The notes beneath the pieces were generated by a model. It had not been told where the DNA came from. It saw nothing but the letters and a program-made list of their open reading frames with translations, and searched no databases. From a virus, in IMG/VR virus record IMGVR_UViG_3300045988_011313, positions 1 through 64,000 of that record: 64,000 nucleotides of DNA; one strand, given 5' to 3'. This document shows positions 1-10,860 of the stretch, piece after piece. The position numbers were made by a program, and so were the translations under genes. Position 1 is the first letter of the stretch; the number at the start of each line of letters is the position of its first letter.

Positions 1-498
1 AGACTGCATAGCCTTAGAGAAGTCATTATCCCATAATCCTGCTACTGCTCCACTTTTAGTGTAATCATCATCAAATCCTCTTCTTATAGCTTCTCCAGCA
101 CCAAATAGTAATCCTAAAGTACCATCAAGGAAAGTAGTACCTGCAAGTATAGCACCTTTAGCAAGACCTGCTCCTATCTGTGCATACCAAGGTTGATTCT
201 CAGCTCTTATATCTCCTAACTCTTGAAACTGTGCCTCAGTTGCAGTAGGCTCATCAAACATACTTTCACCCCAAGGTGTAGTAGTTCCCTCTAAGGATGA
301 TTGTACCATCTGCTCACCATGTGCCCTTGCATCATACAGTGAAGTAGGAGCAGTATTTGCTCCTACATTCATACTGAATGACTGAAACTCAGGACTAAGA
401 TTAGTGTATGGCTCTTGATTTGCTTTTTGCAAATCTCTAAAAGTCATTGGACCACTCTTAGTAATATCTATATCCTTCACTTTAGTTTTTCTTGCCAT
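1..498 (-). CDS. N-terminal part of a virion-module protein; the ORF runs off the window start
   Basis: ATG at 498-496 (MARKTKVKDIDITKSGPMTFRDLQK...). The frame appears open to nt 1 and begins 4 nt after the stop of 502..2304. Not in the ORF track because no stop lies in the window. Confidence 0.55.
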   Translation of the reverse strand, partial: MARKTKVKDIDITKSGPMTFRDLQKANQEPYTNLSPEFQSFSMNVGANTAPTSLYDARAHGEQMVQSSLEGTTTPWGESMFDEPTATEAQFQELGDIRAENQPWYAQIGAGLAKGAILAGTTFLDGTLGLLFGAGEAIRRGFDDDYTKSGAVAGLWDNDFSKAMQS

Positions 499-501
499 AT
501 C

Positions 502-2304
502 TTAATATCCATAAGGATTAAACTCTTGTTCTTTTGTCTTATTCTGTACTCCTAATTGAGAGTGGAATAAGTAGGCTTGCTGTATAGAATTAGCATATTG
601 CTGCTGAGCATAAGTAATCTCATCTGGAGTAGCTTGATGTACATTACCCCTTGCATCAGTATATTGACCTGTACTAACTACATGTTGCCATTGATTTGCA
701 GCAGCCATTGCTCTATCTCTATTTTGCTCATTGGTTGTATTGATACCAGCAGGCATTCTATATCTCCTTACATTACCCTTGTCATCTTGTATCATCACAG
801 TAGTACCATAAGGACTGAACCTTGTAGCAGTTACTTTGTACTTATCACTCTTCAAGTCTTCCATAGTGATTTCCTCACCTGTATCCTTGAATTTCTTAGA
901 TTTGCTATCATAGTCTACTTCTTTCAGACTTAATCCTCTACCAGCAGTCATAATAGCATCCTTCATATCACCCTGCTGATTACCTGCAATAGGATAGTCA
1001 TACTCAGTAACCCTTGTAGCATCATATCTTGAAGTTCTTCCTGTTGAAGAATTAACATACCTACTCCACACATTACCAAGATTACCAGGTTGCCACTTAC
1101 CCTTTGTCACATTATGAGCACCTATGTTGTCCATGAACTGTCTGAATGCAGTAGGAGTAAATTTCTTATTACCACCCTGCATCTGTGTTTCTACGTTCAT
1201 AAGTCTTGCAGTACCACTACCAGAACCTGTTGATGTTGCTCTTGGGGTAGCATTTCTATTATACTCTTTCCATCCTGCATAAGTCATTCTTATCTGACCA
1301 TGACTATCTTTATAGAAGTACTTAGAAAAATTCTTCATATTATCCTTATACTTCTTTTCATCTTTACTCAACTCTCTACTACTATAGATGTTCAAAGGAT
1401 TGATAGCAAGATTATTCAGTTGAGCTTGTCTCTGCTCTGCTGCTTGTCTTGCAGCAGCTCTCTTTTCTGCTCTCTTTTGCATAGCTTCTTGTTCAGCCAT
1501 CTTAGCTCTCCAGTTATCAAGAGTCTGGTATTGAGTTTCACCAACTGCACTCCATAGACCTTGCTTAGCATAGTCAATAGCCCTTGCAATAGTAGCTTTG
1601 TCTCCCCAGTTTCTAACACCACTTGAATTAATGGCATCTTCAACAATCCTTGTAAGTTGAGGAGCAGCATTAGGATTATCCTGTATAGCCTGTAATACTG
1701 CTTTAGAACTAAAGCCTTTCTGCATCATAGCCTCATAGTATGAGTTACCCAAAATGCTTCTCCACTTCCTTGGCTTCTCTTGCATTTCCTTAGCCAATGC
1801 AGATGCAGCACTTGCAGCCTGTGCAGTAATTAACTTACCTGAATATGACTCATAAGCTAATTGAGGATTCCTTATATAATCATCAAGACTTGTAGTTGCA
1901 GCTCTCCTACTCAACATCAATGTTGGGTCTTGAAGGAGTGCTTGCTGCTGTTGCTCTGCTTGTTTCTGTCTTGTTGTATAGGCTTGTTCAATAGGAGTTA
2001 TCTCCTTACTGTACCTTGCTCTCATATTGAGCATATCTCTCCTACTTGCAGCATTGAGTCCTTCTCTTGCTAACTGACCTGCTTGCTCTTCAAGGTCATT
2101 TGCATAGGTCTTATACATCTTGTAAGCATAAGGGTCAGTCTGTTCATTAGCCATTTCCTCCCATACACTTGCCTTAGTAGCAAGGTCTCCATACTGGTTC
2201 TCCAACTCTTGATGAGCCTGAGTAGCCATCAAGGTTGGAGCCAGCATCTCTTGGTAAGAGAATGGCTTGAATTGTGAATTTATTACTAAACTATAATTAG
2301 CCAT
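502..2304 (-). CDS. hypothetical virion-internal (cargo-like) protein, 600 aa
   Basis: Long ORF tightly packed in the late operon. Gln/Ala/Arg-rich coiled-coil centre (AEQEAMQKRAEKRAAARQAAEQRQAQ). Function inferred from position only. Confidence 0.5.
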   Translation of the reverse strand: MANYSLVINSQFKPFSYQEMLAPTLMATQAHQELENQYGDLATKASVWEEMANEQTDPYAYKMYKTYANDLEEQAGQLAREGLNAASRRDMLNMRARYSKEITPIEQAYTTRQKQAEQQQQALLQDPTLMLSRRAATTSLDDYIRNPQLAYESYSGKLITAQAASAASALAKEMQEKPRKWRSILGNSYYEAMMQKGFSSKAVLQAIQDNPNAAPQLTRIVEDAINSSGVRNWGDKATIARAIDYAKQGLWSAVGETQYQTLDNWRAKMAEQEAMQKRAEKRAAARQAAEQRQAQLNNLAINPLNIYSSRELSKDEKKYKDNMKNFSKYFYKDSHGQIRMTYAGWKEYNRNATPRATSTGSGSGTARLMNVETQMQGGNKKFTPTAFRQFMDNIGAHNVTKGKWQPGNLGNVWSRYVNSSTGRTSRYDATRVTEYDYPIAGNQQGDMKDAIMTAGRGLSLKEVDYDSKSKKFKDTGEEITMEDLKSDKYKVTATRFSPYGTTVMIQDDKGNVRRYRMPAGINTTNEQNRDRAMAAANQWQHVVSTGQYTDARGNVHQATPDEITYAQQQYANSIQQAYLFHSQLGVQNKTKEQEFNPYGY

Positions 2305-2305
2305 A

Positions 2306-4762
2306 TTACTTCTTCTTAATAGTTAAATAACCACCCTTAGCTTTCTTTTTCTTCTTAGCTTTATTGGCAGCATCCCTTACTTCTTTCTTCTCTGCTTCAC
2401 TAAGACTTTCATATCCATTCTTATATGTAACATTACCCTTGCTGTCAATAGAGTAGTATAGTGCAGGATTACTCATAATCATATTTCTGCTATACTCTTC
2501 TCTACCAATATCTCCAAGAGAATTAAAGAAGTTAGTAAGGTTAGCACTCATACTTGCACCTCTTCTTGCATCAACAGCATCTCTTACTGCCATAGCTTGT
2601 GCAACACCACTTAGCCTTGAACTTCTTGCCTTTAATGCAGCCTCTTGATTTGCCATTGCAGCCTTGAGTCCCATCTCAGCATTGGCTTGATTAGTACCTC
2701 TATTAAAGGTTTCAACAGCTTGTCTTTGTGCCAAGTTATACTCTTCAGCTTGTCTTGCAAGGTCTCCTAATCTGCCTTGAGCATTATAATCTGCTGCAAG
2801 CAAGGCTGCATTCCTTGAAGGACTTGTAGTATTCATAATAGCCCTTCTTGTAGCACCTGCTTGTGCATTGAGTTTATTTAGATAGAAGTTTCTATCAAAA
2901 GGTCTATATTGTAAGTAGTTGCCTATTGGAGTATAACCTATTGGAGTGTAATTTCCTGCCTGATTAGCTGCTTCAAGTATTGCATCTGCACTTGTATAAT
3001 CTGGTCTACTAAATAAGTTCTGACCTAATCCTATTGCAGCACCTACTACAGGAGCATATCTCAGGTCTGTAGCATCCAAAGAGCTACCTACATCATATCC
3101 TGCTCTCTTAGCAGCAGCTCTTGCCATATATTTAGGAGTTTCCACAAATTCTCCATTAGGAGTGATTCCTACTCCATATTTATAAATACCATAAGTATTC
3201 TCATCAGGGTCTGTATAAGCCATATCTATAAAAGGATTATAACTATAATTGTCTTCTGTAGGTTCAAGGAAGAAATTTGCCCTTTTTAAATTATTACTCT
3301 TATTTCCTAAACCATCAAATAATGTACCCATTCTACCACCATGAGCATATTGTACTCCTTCTTGACCCTCTTGGGTCTGTTGTCTTACAGTCTCTTGGGC
3401 TTGCTGTAGTCTAGACATAGAGCTTAGGAGTCCTCTCTTGCTTATTGGGTCATTAGGTCTCTCCTTTGATTCATCACCTAACTTCTCTGCTATTGCAGCA
3501 AAAGAATGTCCATCATAGGATTTAGGGAGATTAAAACTTTCCAATAGACCACCATCAGCAAATAACCTATTACTGAATACATAGTCATTGAATATAACCT
3601 CACCTTGCTCTACAAGATTTGGGTTTCCCTCAGCATCCATTCCCATAGGTACACCCTCCATTGGATTCTCCTCATGGGTTCCACCATTGCCAATTACTCT
3701 AAGACCATTATCCCACTCAGCACCATGAGTAAGTAAGTCTCCTCCAAAAGCATGATGCCACTTAGTAGCATTCCTTGCAAAGTTAGCCTTCTTTACCATA
3801 GCAGGAGAATAATTCTCTTTATTAGCTAATACTTGTGAAGCAAATGATTGTACAGACTTGCCATGCTTTTTAGCTGCTGCTGTAAAGGTTCCTTTTTTAG
3901 AGGGTTTAATATGTATCTTACCTCCGTCAGCAAAAGTATTTAACTTTGAAGATTCAAATGAGTTAGGTAATGAAGTTAATCTACCTTTATTTGCAGCATT
4001 AAGAGCCTTAATACTTAAGTTCTCTTTAGCTAACTCATAGTCTATTGCCCCATTTCCATATCCTCCCCATGTACCAAGAGGACCACCAAAGGCAGCAAAG
4101 CTTGCCATAGCATTAAGGTCTGACTGAGTATCTGCTGCTTCTGCTGCATTCTCATAGGAAGTCAATGCTCTGCTTCTTGCAATATCTTGTTGTAATTTTA
4201 ATTGTCTATATTTCTTCTTAGCTTTACTACTAAACCACCCATCTTTACCAATATCTGACTTGGAGAAGTCTGCCCCAAAATCCTGATTAGCCCATTGGTT
4301 TTCTATAGAATCAGCACTGCTGTTATCTACCATAACAGTATTTATAGCCTTGTTGCTTCCTTCAACTTCAGCAATCTTTTCTTTATTTAACTTGGAGCCA
4401 AACATTCTGTTTGTAAGACCCCCAATAATACCAGAACCAGCAGATATAATGCCTCCAAGTACAGGATTAACTGCACCTACTGCACCACCTATGGTACCAC
4501 CAATATTACTGATTGCACTACCTGCACCTGATTCAAGTCCTCCACTAATAGCACCACCTGCAATACTACCTACTGCACTACCTATGCCACTTGCCAAGCC
4601 CCCTTTCAGCATACCAGCAACATTGCCTCCACTGAAAGTGCCTTTCAAGTCAAAAGGTTTAGTTCCACCTAAAGCATTCTTGAAATCACCACCCCAACTA
4701 TAGTAATGAGGGTTGTATGTAAATGGTCTGTTAGACTTTCTTATAACTTTTCTTTTAGCCAT
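2306..4762 (-). CDS. hypothetical virion protein, 818 aa, Gly-rich N-terminal region, coiled-coil C-terminus
   Basis: Long ORF with GGxxG/GSxxG repeats at aa 40-115 and a Lys-rich tail. It has its own upstream promoter motif. Role as an ejected/cargo protein is inferred. Confidence 0.5.
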   Translation of the reverse strand: MAKRKVIRKSNRPFTYNPHYYSWGGDFKNALGGTKPFDLKGTFSGGNVAGMLKGGLASGIGSAVGSIAGGAISGGLESGAGSAISNIGGTIGGAVGAVNPVLGGIISAGSGIIGGLTNRMFGSKLNKEKIAEVEGSNKAINTVMVDNSSADSIENQWANQDFGADFSKSDIGKDGWFSSKAKKKYRQLKLQQDIARSRALTSYENAAEAADTQSDLNAMASFAAFGGPLGTWGGYGNGAIDYELAKENLSIKALNAANKGRLTSLPNSFESSKLNTFADGGKIHIKPSKKGTFTAAAKKHGKSVQSFASQVLANKENYSPAMVKKANFARNATKWHHAFGGDLLTHGAEWDNGLRVIGNGGTHEENPMEGVPMGMDAEGNPNLVEQGEVIFNDYVFSNRLFADGGLLESFNLPKSYDGHSFAAIAEKLGDESKERPNDPISKRGLLSSMSRLQQAQETVRQQTQEGQEGVQYAHGGRMGTLFDGLGNKSNNLKRANFFLEPTEDNYSYNPFIDMAYTDPDENTYGIYKYGVGITPNGEFVETPKYMARAAAKRAGYDVGSSLDATDLRYAPVVGAAIGLGQNLFSRPDYTSADAILEAANQAGNYTPIGYTPIGNYLQYRPFDRNFYLNKLNAQAGATRRAIMNTTSPSRNAALLAADYNAQGRLGDLARQAEEYNLAQRQAVETFNRGTNQANAEMGLKAAMANQEAALKARSSRLSGVAQAMAVRDAVDARRGASMSANLTNFFNSLGDIGREEYSRNMIMSNPALYYSIDSKGNVTYKNGYESLSEAEKKEVRDAANKAKKKKKAKGGYLTIKKK

Positions 4763-4779
4763 ATCATACTAATTTGTTT

Positions 4780-4812
4780 GCAAAGATAAACAAAATATTT
4801 GAATTATACAAG
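4780..4812 (-). promoter_or_regulatory. Bacteroidota-type promoter (-33 TTG / -7 TAtcTTTGCA) for 2306..4762
   Basis: The reverse complement reads ccTTGtataattcaaatattttgttTATCTTTGCA. This is one of eight copies of the motif on the minus strand. Confidence 0.6.
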
Positions 4813-4821
4813 GATATTATC

Positions 4822-4862
4822 CAAAAAGTAAAGGGAAGATAAGTAATAAACTTACCTTCCCC
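4822..4862 (-). terminator. rho-independent terminator after the 1571-aa gene
   Basis: Minus-sense hairpin gggaaggtaag/cttatcttccc (one mismatch) followed by TTTACTTTTT. Confidence 0.6.
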
Positions 4863-4868
4863 CTATTA

Positions 4869-7800
4869 TTATTCAAAGTAATGCACAATCATATCATGCA
4901 ATACAGTCTTATTTACATTTTCTTCTTCCATAGACAGCTTAATATATAACCAAGGGTTCCTCATTCTATCTCTACCTTTCTTAGTAGAACCAATAGCACT
5001 GGCTCTTGGTATATTAGCTCTCCAGATTCTAAACTTCTTCTTTAGGTCAGAAGGTCTTCCTAAGATATTATTTAGAGTAGAAGTACCTTGTTGATACTCA
5101 TTCCATACAGTTAAAGTATCAAATGTTGTATTAAGTAGATTACCATTCTTATCCCAGCTATCTGACCTAAACTCAAGGTTATTGAATATCTTATCTACAG
5201 GCATATCTGGGTTAGCTATTACAGTAGTATAGAATGGTTGATATACTCCAAAGAACATATTATAATCTCCTTCATTATGCAACCAAGGTTTGTATAGTGT
5301 ACCTGTACCTTCAACATTAAAGGCAATTCCTCTGTCCTCAAGGTTAGTAAAGTAAGGCACCTTCTCATAACTATAGAATGAGCTGAACTGACCTAATGGC
5401 TCAGAGAATGCTAAACACTCATCTTTAGTAATGAAAAATACGTCACCATTAACTTTATCATAATAAGTAACAAATCCATCAAAGTCTACTGGGTTCCATA
5501 TACTTATATCTTTAGAAGTCTTATTAATCCAAGAGTGGAAACCTAATCTATCTGATAGATTATCCAATTGACCATTAAATAAGAATATACCTTTTGTGAT
5601 GTCATCTATAAAGTAAATACCATTAGATGTCTCACACATAGACCATTTGTTAGTACATCCTATTCTATCAGAGATATATCTCTTACCATTAACCTTCCCA
5701 CTGTTTGCAATTTCAATAGGAACTCCATCAGTAGAAGAAATCTGCATATTCTCATTATACAAGATTTGGCTAATACCTCTATCTTGGAAGGCAAATATAT
5801 TGTTATTGAACCTTCTCAATGCCCTTACAGTACCCTTGTCACCATCAAGGTCAAGGGTAGATGCAAGAGTAATGTTAGTCCAAGTATCTACCAACTCTCC
5901 AGCAGTCTTATTTTTAGTCCAAGTGATTGAATTATGGAAATTATCCAAGTTCAATTTGTTTGGATTAATTGTCCTATAGTTGAAGAAGTTATTAGGCTGA
6001 GAATATACATCATTCATCAAGTTAAAATTTTCAGGGGTAATTGAGAAGTTACTTGTTTGACCCCTGTTCCTGTCATATCTACCATCAATGTTCACTCTTG
6101 TTTCACACATGAATGATACAATATCAGTCACTGCATTCTGGTCTTCAAGAGTAAAAGGATAAGTCTTGATATGGTCATATCTTTGGAAATAGGTATCACC
6201 TTCTTCCCACCTAATAGTAACACTGCTCTTGACTTCATTGTTGGTATCTACAAGAGAAATAGGGTCTCCACAAGGTAGCCATACATTATTCTCAAAGGCT
6301 TCCTCTGTCTGACCCCCAAATCTATTCTGTACATTGTCATTATATAATTCTCCTAACCATAGCCATCCATACTGAATACTTGATACAGCAGATATAGGAC
6401 CTCTTGGGACACCAGTAATAGTGTCTTGTGACACACTCTTGGCACTTCCTGACTTATCCCAATACATGTGCTGACCCTTTGGAGCACCTGCGTTCTGTGA
6501 ATTTACAACCCAAGTATCATTATAATTACCATCCTTAATATTAGGTAATATTCTTTGAGCACCTGTTGTAGTATAGTTCAAGGCTAACACAGCATGAGGA
6601 GTAGATTTATACTTAATCCTAACAGGGTCAGTACCTGTAATTTGGTCAGTAAATCTACTATCTACCTGTGTATAGCCACCATTAAACAGGGTATGTGCAT
6701 CAGTCTCTGCACTTTGAACTCCAGTAGTCATAATAGGATAGCCATCCTTTTTATCACCAATTCTTGAGATAGTAAGAAGCTTATCTACATTACCATAGTA
6801 GTTAATATCTGTAAGACCTGAGTTCTCTTGTGCAGGTAATCTAACAAGTGATACCTCATTAGAGTCAAACACTGCAACTCCTGATATGCCAGTTCTTATA
6901 TTACTACCACTTGTATAAGCATTCCATATATTACTTGAATCCAAGTAGACTGACTTATATGAATACCTCATATTAGACATTTTCTTCTTATCAAGCATAG
7001 CAGACCTATAGCCATCAGTAGCATACTTGGTGTTATTCAGTGAACCATTCCTATGCCAAGGGTACACAACAAATCCTGTGGTAAGATGCTTGGTATTACC
7101 AGTATCTTTCTTATAAGCAGTTAATTCATCAAACCAAAAGGCACCAGAGATTAATCCTCTCCATCCAAAATGAGAATTACCAAGATGTACTCCAAGCCCA
7201 CTATAACTAAAATCATTTTCTACACCAATAGGCTCCTTGTAGAATCCAGCAGGTAGCTCTGAACTATTATAGAAGTTATTAACAGGAGTGGAAGTTTGAA
7301 TATCAATATCTGAGGCAAATGCAGTTAGAGGAACCATACCTACTATCCTTAACTTCAATCCTGATGTATCAATACTTCTTACTTCATTATCAAACTCTAT
7401 GTCAGGAGAGTGAAAAGTAAGTATTGATTGGTCAATGTAATAATTCTCTGCATTGTTAGATACCCAACTTGCAACATATGAATCAGTTGCAGCATCACTA
7501 ACATAGGGACCAGGAGGGGGATTCCAAATACATTGAATTTCTGCATTTCTATTACTATTACCTGGGATAGGTCTATTATGTCTAAACTCAGCCCAAGCCC
7601 CCTTATTAACTGTATCAATATTGTATTGTGTCCCTTCAAAAGTAACTACAGTCCTATCATTAGACATAATACCTGCCCTTGAATATGCAGATGGATTTCC
7701 TAAGAATTGTCCTAATCCTACCCAGTCTCCACCCCAGGCACCTTCACTATTTTGATTATAATGGAAGGCTTTATACTCATCAAATGGTGCATTAGGTCTT

Positions 7801-9584
7801 GTAAACCAAGACGACTGTGCAAATGGTGAATTACCAAATCTATCAGATACATTATACACAGTAGGGCAAAGGATACCTTGACATACAGCTTCTCTATCAT
7901 TAATGGTAGGATATACTACAACTGGTCTCACTCTAACATACCCATTGTCAAGAAGCCTATTAATAATAGTAACATCATTTAATGTAAATTCAGCTACTGG
8001 TAATCCTATCTTATTATCATTATAAAAGGTAGTATCTATATGAACATTATTCCTGACATCATTAATCCATATAGGTTCTGACCATTTACCTGTATAGTGC
8101 TGGGCTTGAATACCAAATCTGTAATACTCAAGATATTTGAATGTCTTAAACTGATAAGAGTTCATCTTGAGTTGGTTACTATAAGGATAATAACCCTTGG
8201 CTTCTGGAGAACTTATACTTTTATTATAGGTAGAGAAGGTAATGCTCTTGCCCTTGAAGTAGCTTCTAATAGTAGAGTCAAGAGTTTTTCTCTTTGTCTT
8301 AATGTCTCCAAGGAATAGAGTATTATCCTTTTGAGCCATTGTTCCAAATACTACTTCTTCACCTCCTATATACAATAACTCAGTAGGGTCTACTGAATCT
8401 CCTGATGAGCCATTGTCAGTGTAAGTAACTTTAGCTATACTAAGAGTACCAGTCATATTACCTTTATTAGCTAATTGCATCCTTGCCTTATTACCATCGG
8501 TAATAGTAATAGTGAATGATGTGCCTGTACCCCAAGTCAGATAGTCACCTCCAAAGTTTATACAATAATATTCATCAGTACTAAATGTCCAAGACTTATA
8601 GTTTGACCCTGAGTGAGAAGGCTCATATTGGTCAAGTGTCTTTTCAGCACCACTGCCTATCCTATACATAGTCATCTTATTAGCTGGGAGATTAATCTCA
8701 TAACTACTAAGTTCATAATTTGACCTTCCTGTGGGAGGAGCTAAATCTACAACTCTTCTAACATCTGGAGTTGCATTTATGCTTGTTCTATGTATTGAAT
8801 ATATTCTGATGTAGTCAAATCTCTTGTCTACATTAGTCACCTCTATATTAAAACTGTTACTTACTTTATCCTCAGGACTTGCACCTCTGTTATTATATGA
8901 GATGTAGTAAAGTGGAGAAGTATAGAATATGTTACTTTCTTGACCATACTTATCAAAGTATGTGAAGGCATATTGTATTACTCCAGGAGCAAAACTACCA
9001 TTAGCTACAATATTCCTTTCAATAGTGATTTCCTCATTCAGACTAAGTGTCCTCACAAAGTTGAATGAATCAGTATTCCATTTGCTTACTACATCAGATG
9101 CAGCAGCTATGTTAATCATTCTTGGTTGATTTAGACCATCAGTCCAATATACTTTTCTTATATCAGCATTTTCATAGAATGAAATAGTTTCTATAGGGTG
9201 CTTATAATTGAATCCTAAGTTTCCTTTAAATAATATCTTTCCAGTTAATGCACCATTATTAAACCATAGCTTATAGATTCTATCTTCAGTATCCAAGTCC
9301 TCTGCACTTATGTCAGTATAGAGAGAAGACTTATCTCCACATGTAAATACAATCAACTCATCATTAATTAAAGCCTGCCCAATAGGAATACCTTTGATGT
9401 AGTCCCCTATACCTGCTATACTTGACTTCTTATTGCCTTTCTCATTTATCAAACTAAGCAGAGTACTCTCATTAGTTGGCATTACTCTAACATTCTTATT
9501 TTCATAAGAATATTCAGAGTTAAATGCAGAAGCTGATAAGTCCCTCTGCATTCCTTTTGTTTTGAAAATAACTTGTTTCTGCAT
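4869..9584 (-). CDS. very large tail structural protein (1571 aa), tail-tip/muzzle-like protein of crAss-like podoviruses
   Basis: Uninterrupted 4.7 kb ORF in the structural operon with a beta-rich Asn/Ser/Thr/Tyr/Gly composition. Size and position match the giant tail protein of crAss-like phages; assignment is by analogy only. Confidence 0.5.
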   Translation of the reverse strand: MQKQVIFKTKGMQRDLSASAFNSEYSYENKNVRVMPTNESTLLSLINEKGNKKSSIAGIGDYIKGIPIGQALINDELIVFTCGDKSSLYTDISAEDLDTEDRIYKLWFNNGALTGKILFKGNLGFNYKHPIETISFYENADIRKVYWTDGLNQPRMINIAAASDVVSKWNTDSFNFVRTLSLNEEITIERNIVANGSFAPGVIQYAFTYFDKYGQESNIFYTSPLYYISYNNRGASPEDKVSNSFNIEVTNVDKRFDYIRIYSIHRTSINATPDVRRVVDLAPPTGRSNYELSSYEINLPANKMTMYRIGSGAEKTLDQYEPSHSGSNYKSWTFSTDEYYCINFGGDYLTWGTGTSFTITITDGNKARMQLANKGNMTGTLSIAKVTYTDNGSSGDSVDPTELLYIGGEEVVFGTMAQKDNTLFLGDIKTKRKTLDSTIRSYFKGKSITFSTYNKSISSPEAKGYYPYSNQLKMNSYQFKTFKYLEYYRFGIQAQHYTGKWSEPIWINDVRNNVHIDTTFYNDNKIGLPVAEFTLNDVTIINRLLDNGYVRVRPVVVYPTINDREAVCQGILCPTVYNVSDRFGNSPFAQSSWFTRPNAPFDEYKAFHYNQNSEGAWGGDWVGLGQFLGNPSAYSRAGIMSNDRTVVTFEGTQYNIDTVNKGAWAEFRHNRPIPGNSNRNAEIQCIWNPPPGPYVSDAATDSYVASWVSNNAENYYIDQSILTFHSPDIEFDNEVRSIDTSGLKLRIVGMVPLTAFASDIDIQTSTPVNNFYNSSELPAGFYKEPIGVENDFSYSGLGVHLGNSHFGWRGLISGAFWFDELTAYKKDTGNTKHLTTGFVVYPWHRNGSLNNTKYATDGYRSAMLDKKKMSNMRYSYKSVYLDSSNIWNAYTSGSNIRTGISGVAVFDSNEVSLVRLPAQENSGLTDINYYGNVDKLLTISRIGDKKDGYPIMTTGVQSAETDAHTLFNGGYTQVDSRFTDQITGTDPVRIKYKSTPHAVLALNYTTTGAQRILPNIKDGNYNDTWVVNSQNAGAPKGQHMYWDKSGSAKSVSQDTITGVPRGPISAVSSIQYGWLWLGELYNDNVQNRFGGQTEEAFENNVWLPCGDPISLVDTNNEVKSSVTIRWEEGDTYFQRYDHIKTYPFTLEDQNAVTDIVSFMCETRVNIDGRYDRNRGQTSNFSITPENFNLMNDVYSQPNNFFNYRTINPNKLNLDNFHNSITWTKNKTAGELVDTWTNITLASTLDLDGDKGTVRALRRFNNNIFAFQDRGISQILYNENMQISSTDGVPIEIANSGKVNGKRYISDRIGCTNKWSMCETSNGIYFIDDITKGIFLFNGQLDNLSDRLGFHSWINKTSKDISIWNPVDFDGFVTYYDKVNGDVFFITKDECLAFSEPLGQFSSFYSYEKVPYFTNLEDRGIAFNVEGTGTLYKPWLHNEGDYNMFFGVYQPFYTTVIANPDMPVDKIFNNLEFRSDSWDKNGNLLNTTFDTLTVWNEYQQGTSTLNNILGRPSDLKKKFRIWRANIPRASAIGSTKKGRDRMRNPWLYIKLSMEEENVNKTVLHDMIVHYFE

Positions 9585-9586
9585 AG

Positions 9587-10294
9587 TTATTGTAATTTAA
9601 TGTATTCCTTATTACCAAGAGACAAGAAACCATTATTAAACTCACTTGTCCTTTGTATAAGTGTGTTCCACATTCTTGATATACTTTCCATCTCAGATTG
9701 TGAAGGGATAGTAAATTCACTCTGTAATTGTCCAGCAAGCCAAGCATATTGTTGCTGAGTATTCTGTAGTACAGCAGGTGCAATCTTGCCCATATCAAAT
9801 AGAATGGTAAATGCCTCTCTCTTTATATATGCCTCAAGTGCCTTCAGGAATACAGGATTATCAATAAGTAGTGGAAATCCATCCTTATCTACTGGGATTG
9901 CTTTATAGGACACTGATACATCTCCTGTCTTGAAGGATACATATAGTACTTGTCCTTGTGTTTTGAAGGACAATTCTTGTGGTATCTTGTAACCAGCACT
10001 TCTGTCATAGTGTTCTCTTGGCATGAAATTATCTGTCATGCTTCTAAGGCATACACCAGTCTTACACTCCTTAATCTGATTGATAGATATTAGGTCACAT
10101 GGCAATTTAGCTCTAAAGTCCTCTATATGAAGAACTTCCTCTTTATCTTGATATAACTTAGGCATACCAAATATGCCAATAAAGTCAATGGTATATTGTA
10201 CAGCTTGCTCAAGAGTTACATCTTGAAGAAGAGGATGTCTTAGTATTCTACTAAGAGCCTCTCTTATATTTATATAGTTATATTCTTTTACCAT
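9587..10294 (-). CDS. tail/neck structural protein (235 aa)
   Basis: ORF lies 2 nt upstream of the giant tail gene in the same operon. No recognisable motif. Confidence 0.4.
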   Translation of the reverse strand: MVKEYNYINIREALSRILRHPLLQDVTLEQAVQYTIDFIGIFGMPKLYQDKEEVLHIEDFRAKLPCDLISINQIKECKTGVCLRSMTDNFMPREHYDRSAGYKIPQELSFKTQGQVLYVSFKTGDVSVSYKAIPVDKDGFPLLIDNPVFLKALEAYIKREAFTILFDMGKIAPAVLQNTQQQYAWLAGQLQSEFTIPSQSEMESISRMWNTLIQRTSEFNNGFLSLGNKEYIKLQ

Positions 10295-10296
10295 AA

Positions 10297-10854
10297 TTAT
10301 ATCTTGAAAGCATCTAATTTTCCTTCTTTTATTCTTTGTTTTAATCTCTTCTTCAGTTCTCTATTGACATTAAATTCATAGAAGACCTGATTATTATAGT
10401 CTGCTAATTGCTTATTATAGTAGACTTTAAAAATTTCTTTTTCCTCCACTTTAACCAATGTTTTTTCCTTATAGGCTTCCTCATCTTCATACCATAATTT
10501 AAGAGTTTTATCCCAGTCTATAGGTAGATTGGTCTTGACCTTTTCCCCATCAAGATTAATTCTTACATCATATTTCCTTAGTTCTATTCTACCCATTCTA
10601 TGTGGTAACTTAATATCATTACCACGAAGGAAACTATCAGCTAAATAGTCATTGACTTTCCTTATAATACTATAGAACTCATGTTCTGTAAGGCATCTTC
10701 CTATATTGAACCATCTATTCTTTCTTATCCACTTATAGGCATCATATACGCCATAAGAACCTCTAACCTTGTGAACCCTTGGCTCATTTACCTTTTTAAT
10801 GGAGTTTAGAAAATCAATCAACTCTTTATCCTTCTCTTCTTGACAAGACTTCAT
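10297..10854 (-). CDS. hypothetical basic protein, possible HU/IHF-like DNA-binding protein
   Basis: 185 aa and Lys/Arg-rich. The segment IKLPHRMGRIELRKYDVRINLDGEK resembles an HU/IHF beta-arm; similarity judged by eye is weak. Confidence 0.3.
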   Translation of the reverse strand: MKSCQEEKDKELIDFLNSIKKVNEPRVHKVRGSYGVYDAYKWIRKNRWFNIGRCLTEHEFYSIIRKVNDYLADSFLRGNDIKLPHRMGRIELRKYDVRINLDGEKVKTNLPIDWDKTLKLWYEDEEAYKEKTLVKVEEKEIFKVYYNKQLADYNNQVFYEFNVNRELKKRLKQRIKEGKLDAFKI

Positions 10855-10860
10855 AACTCA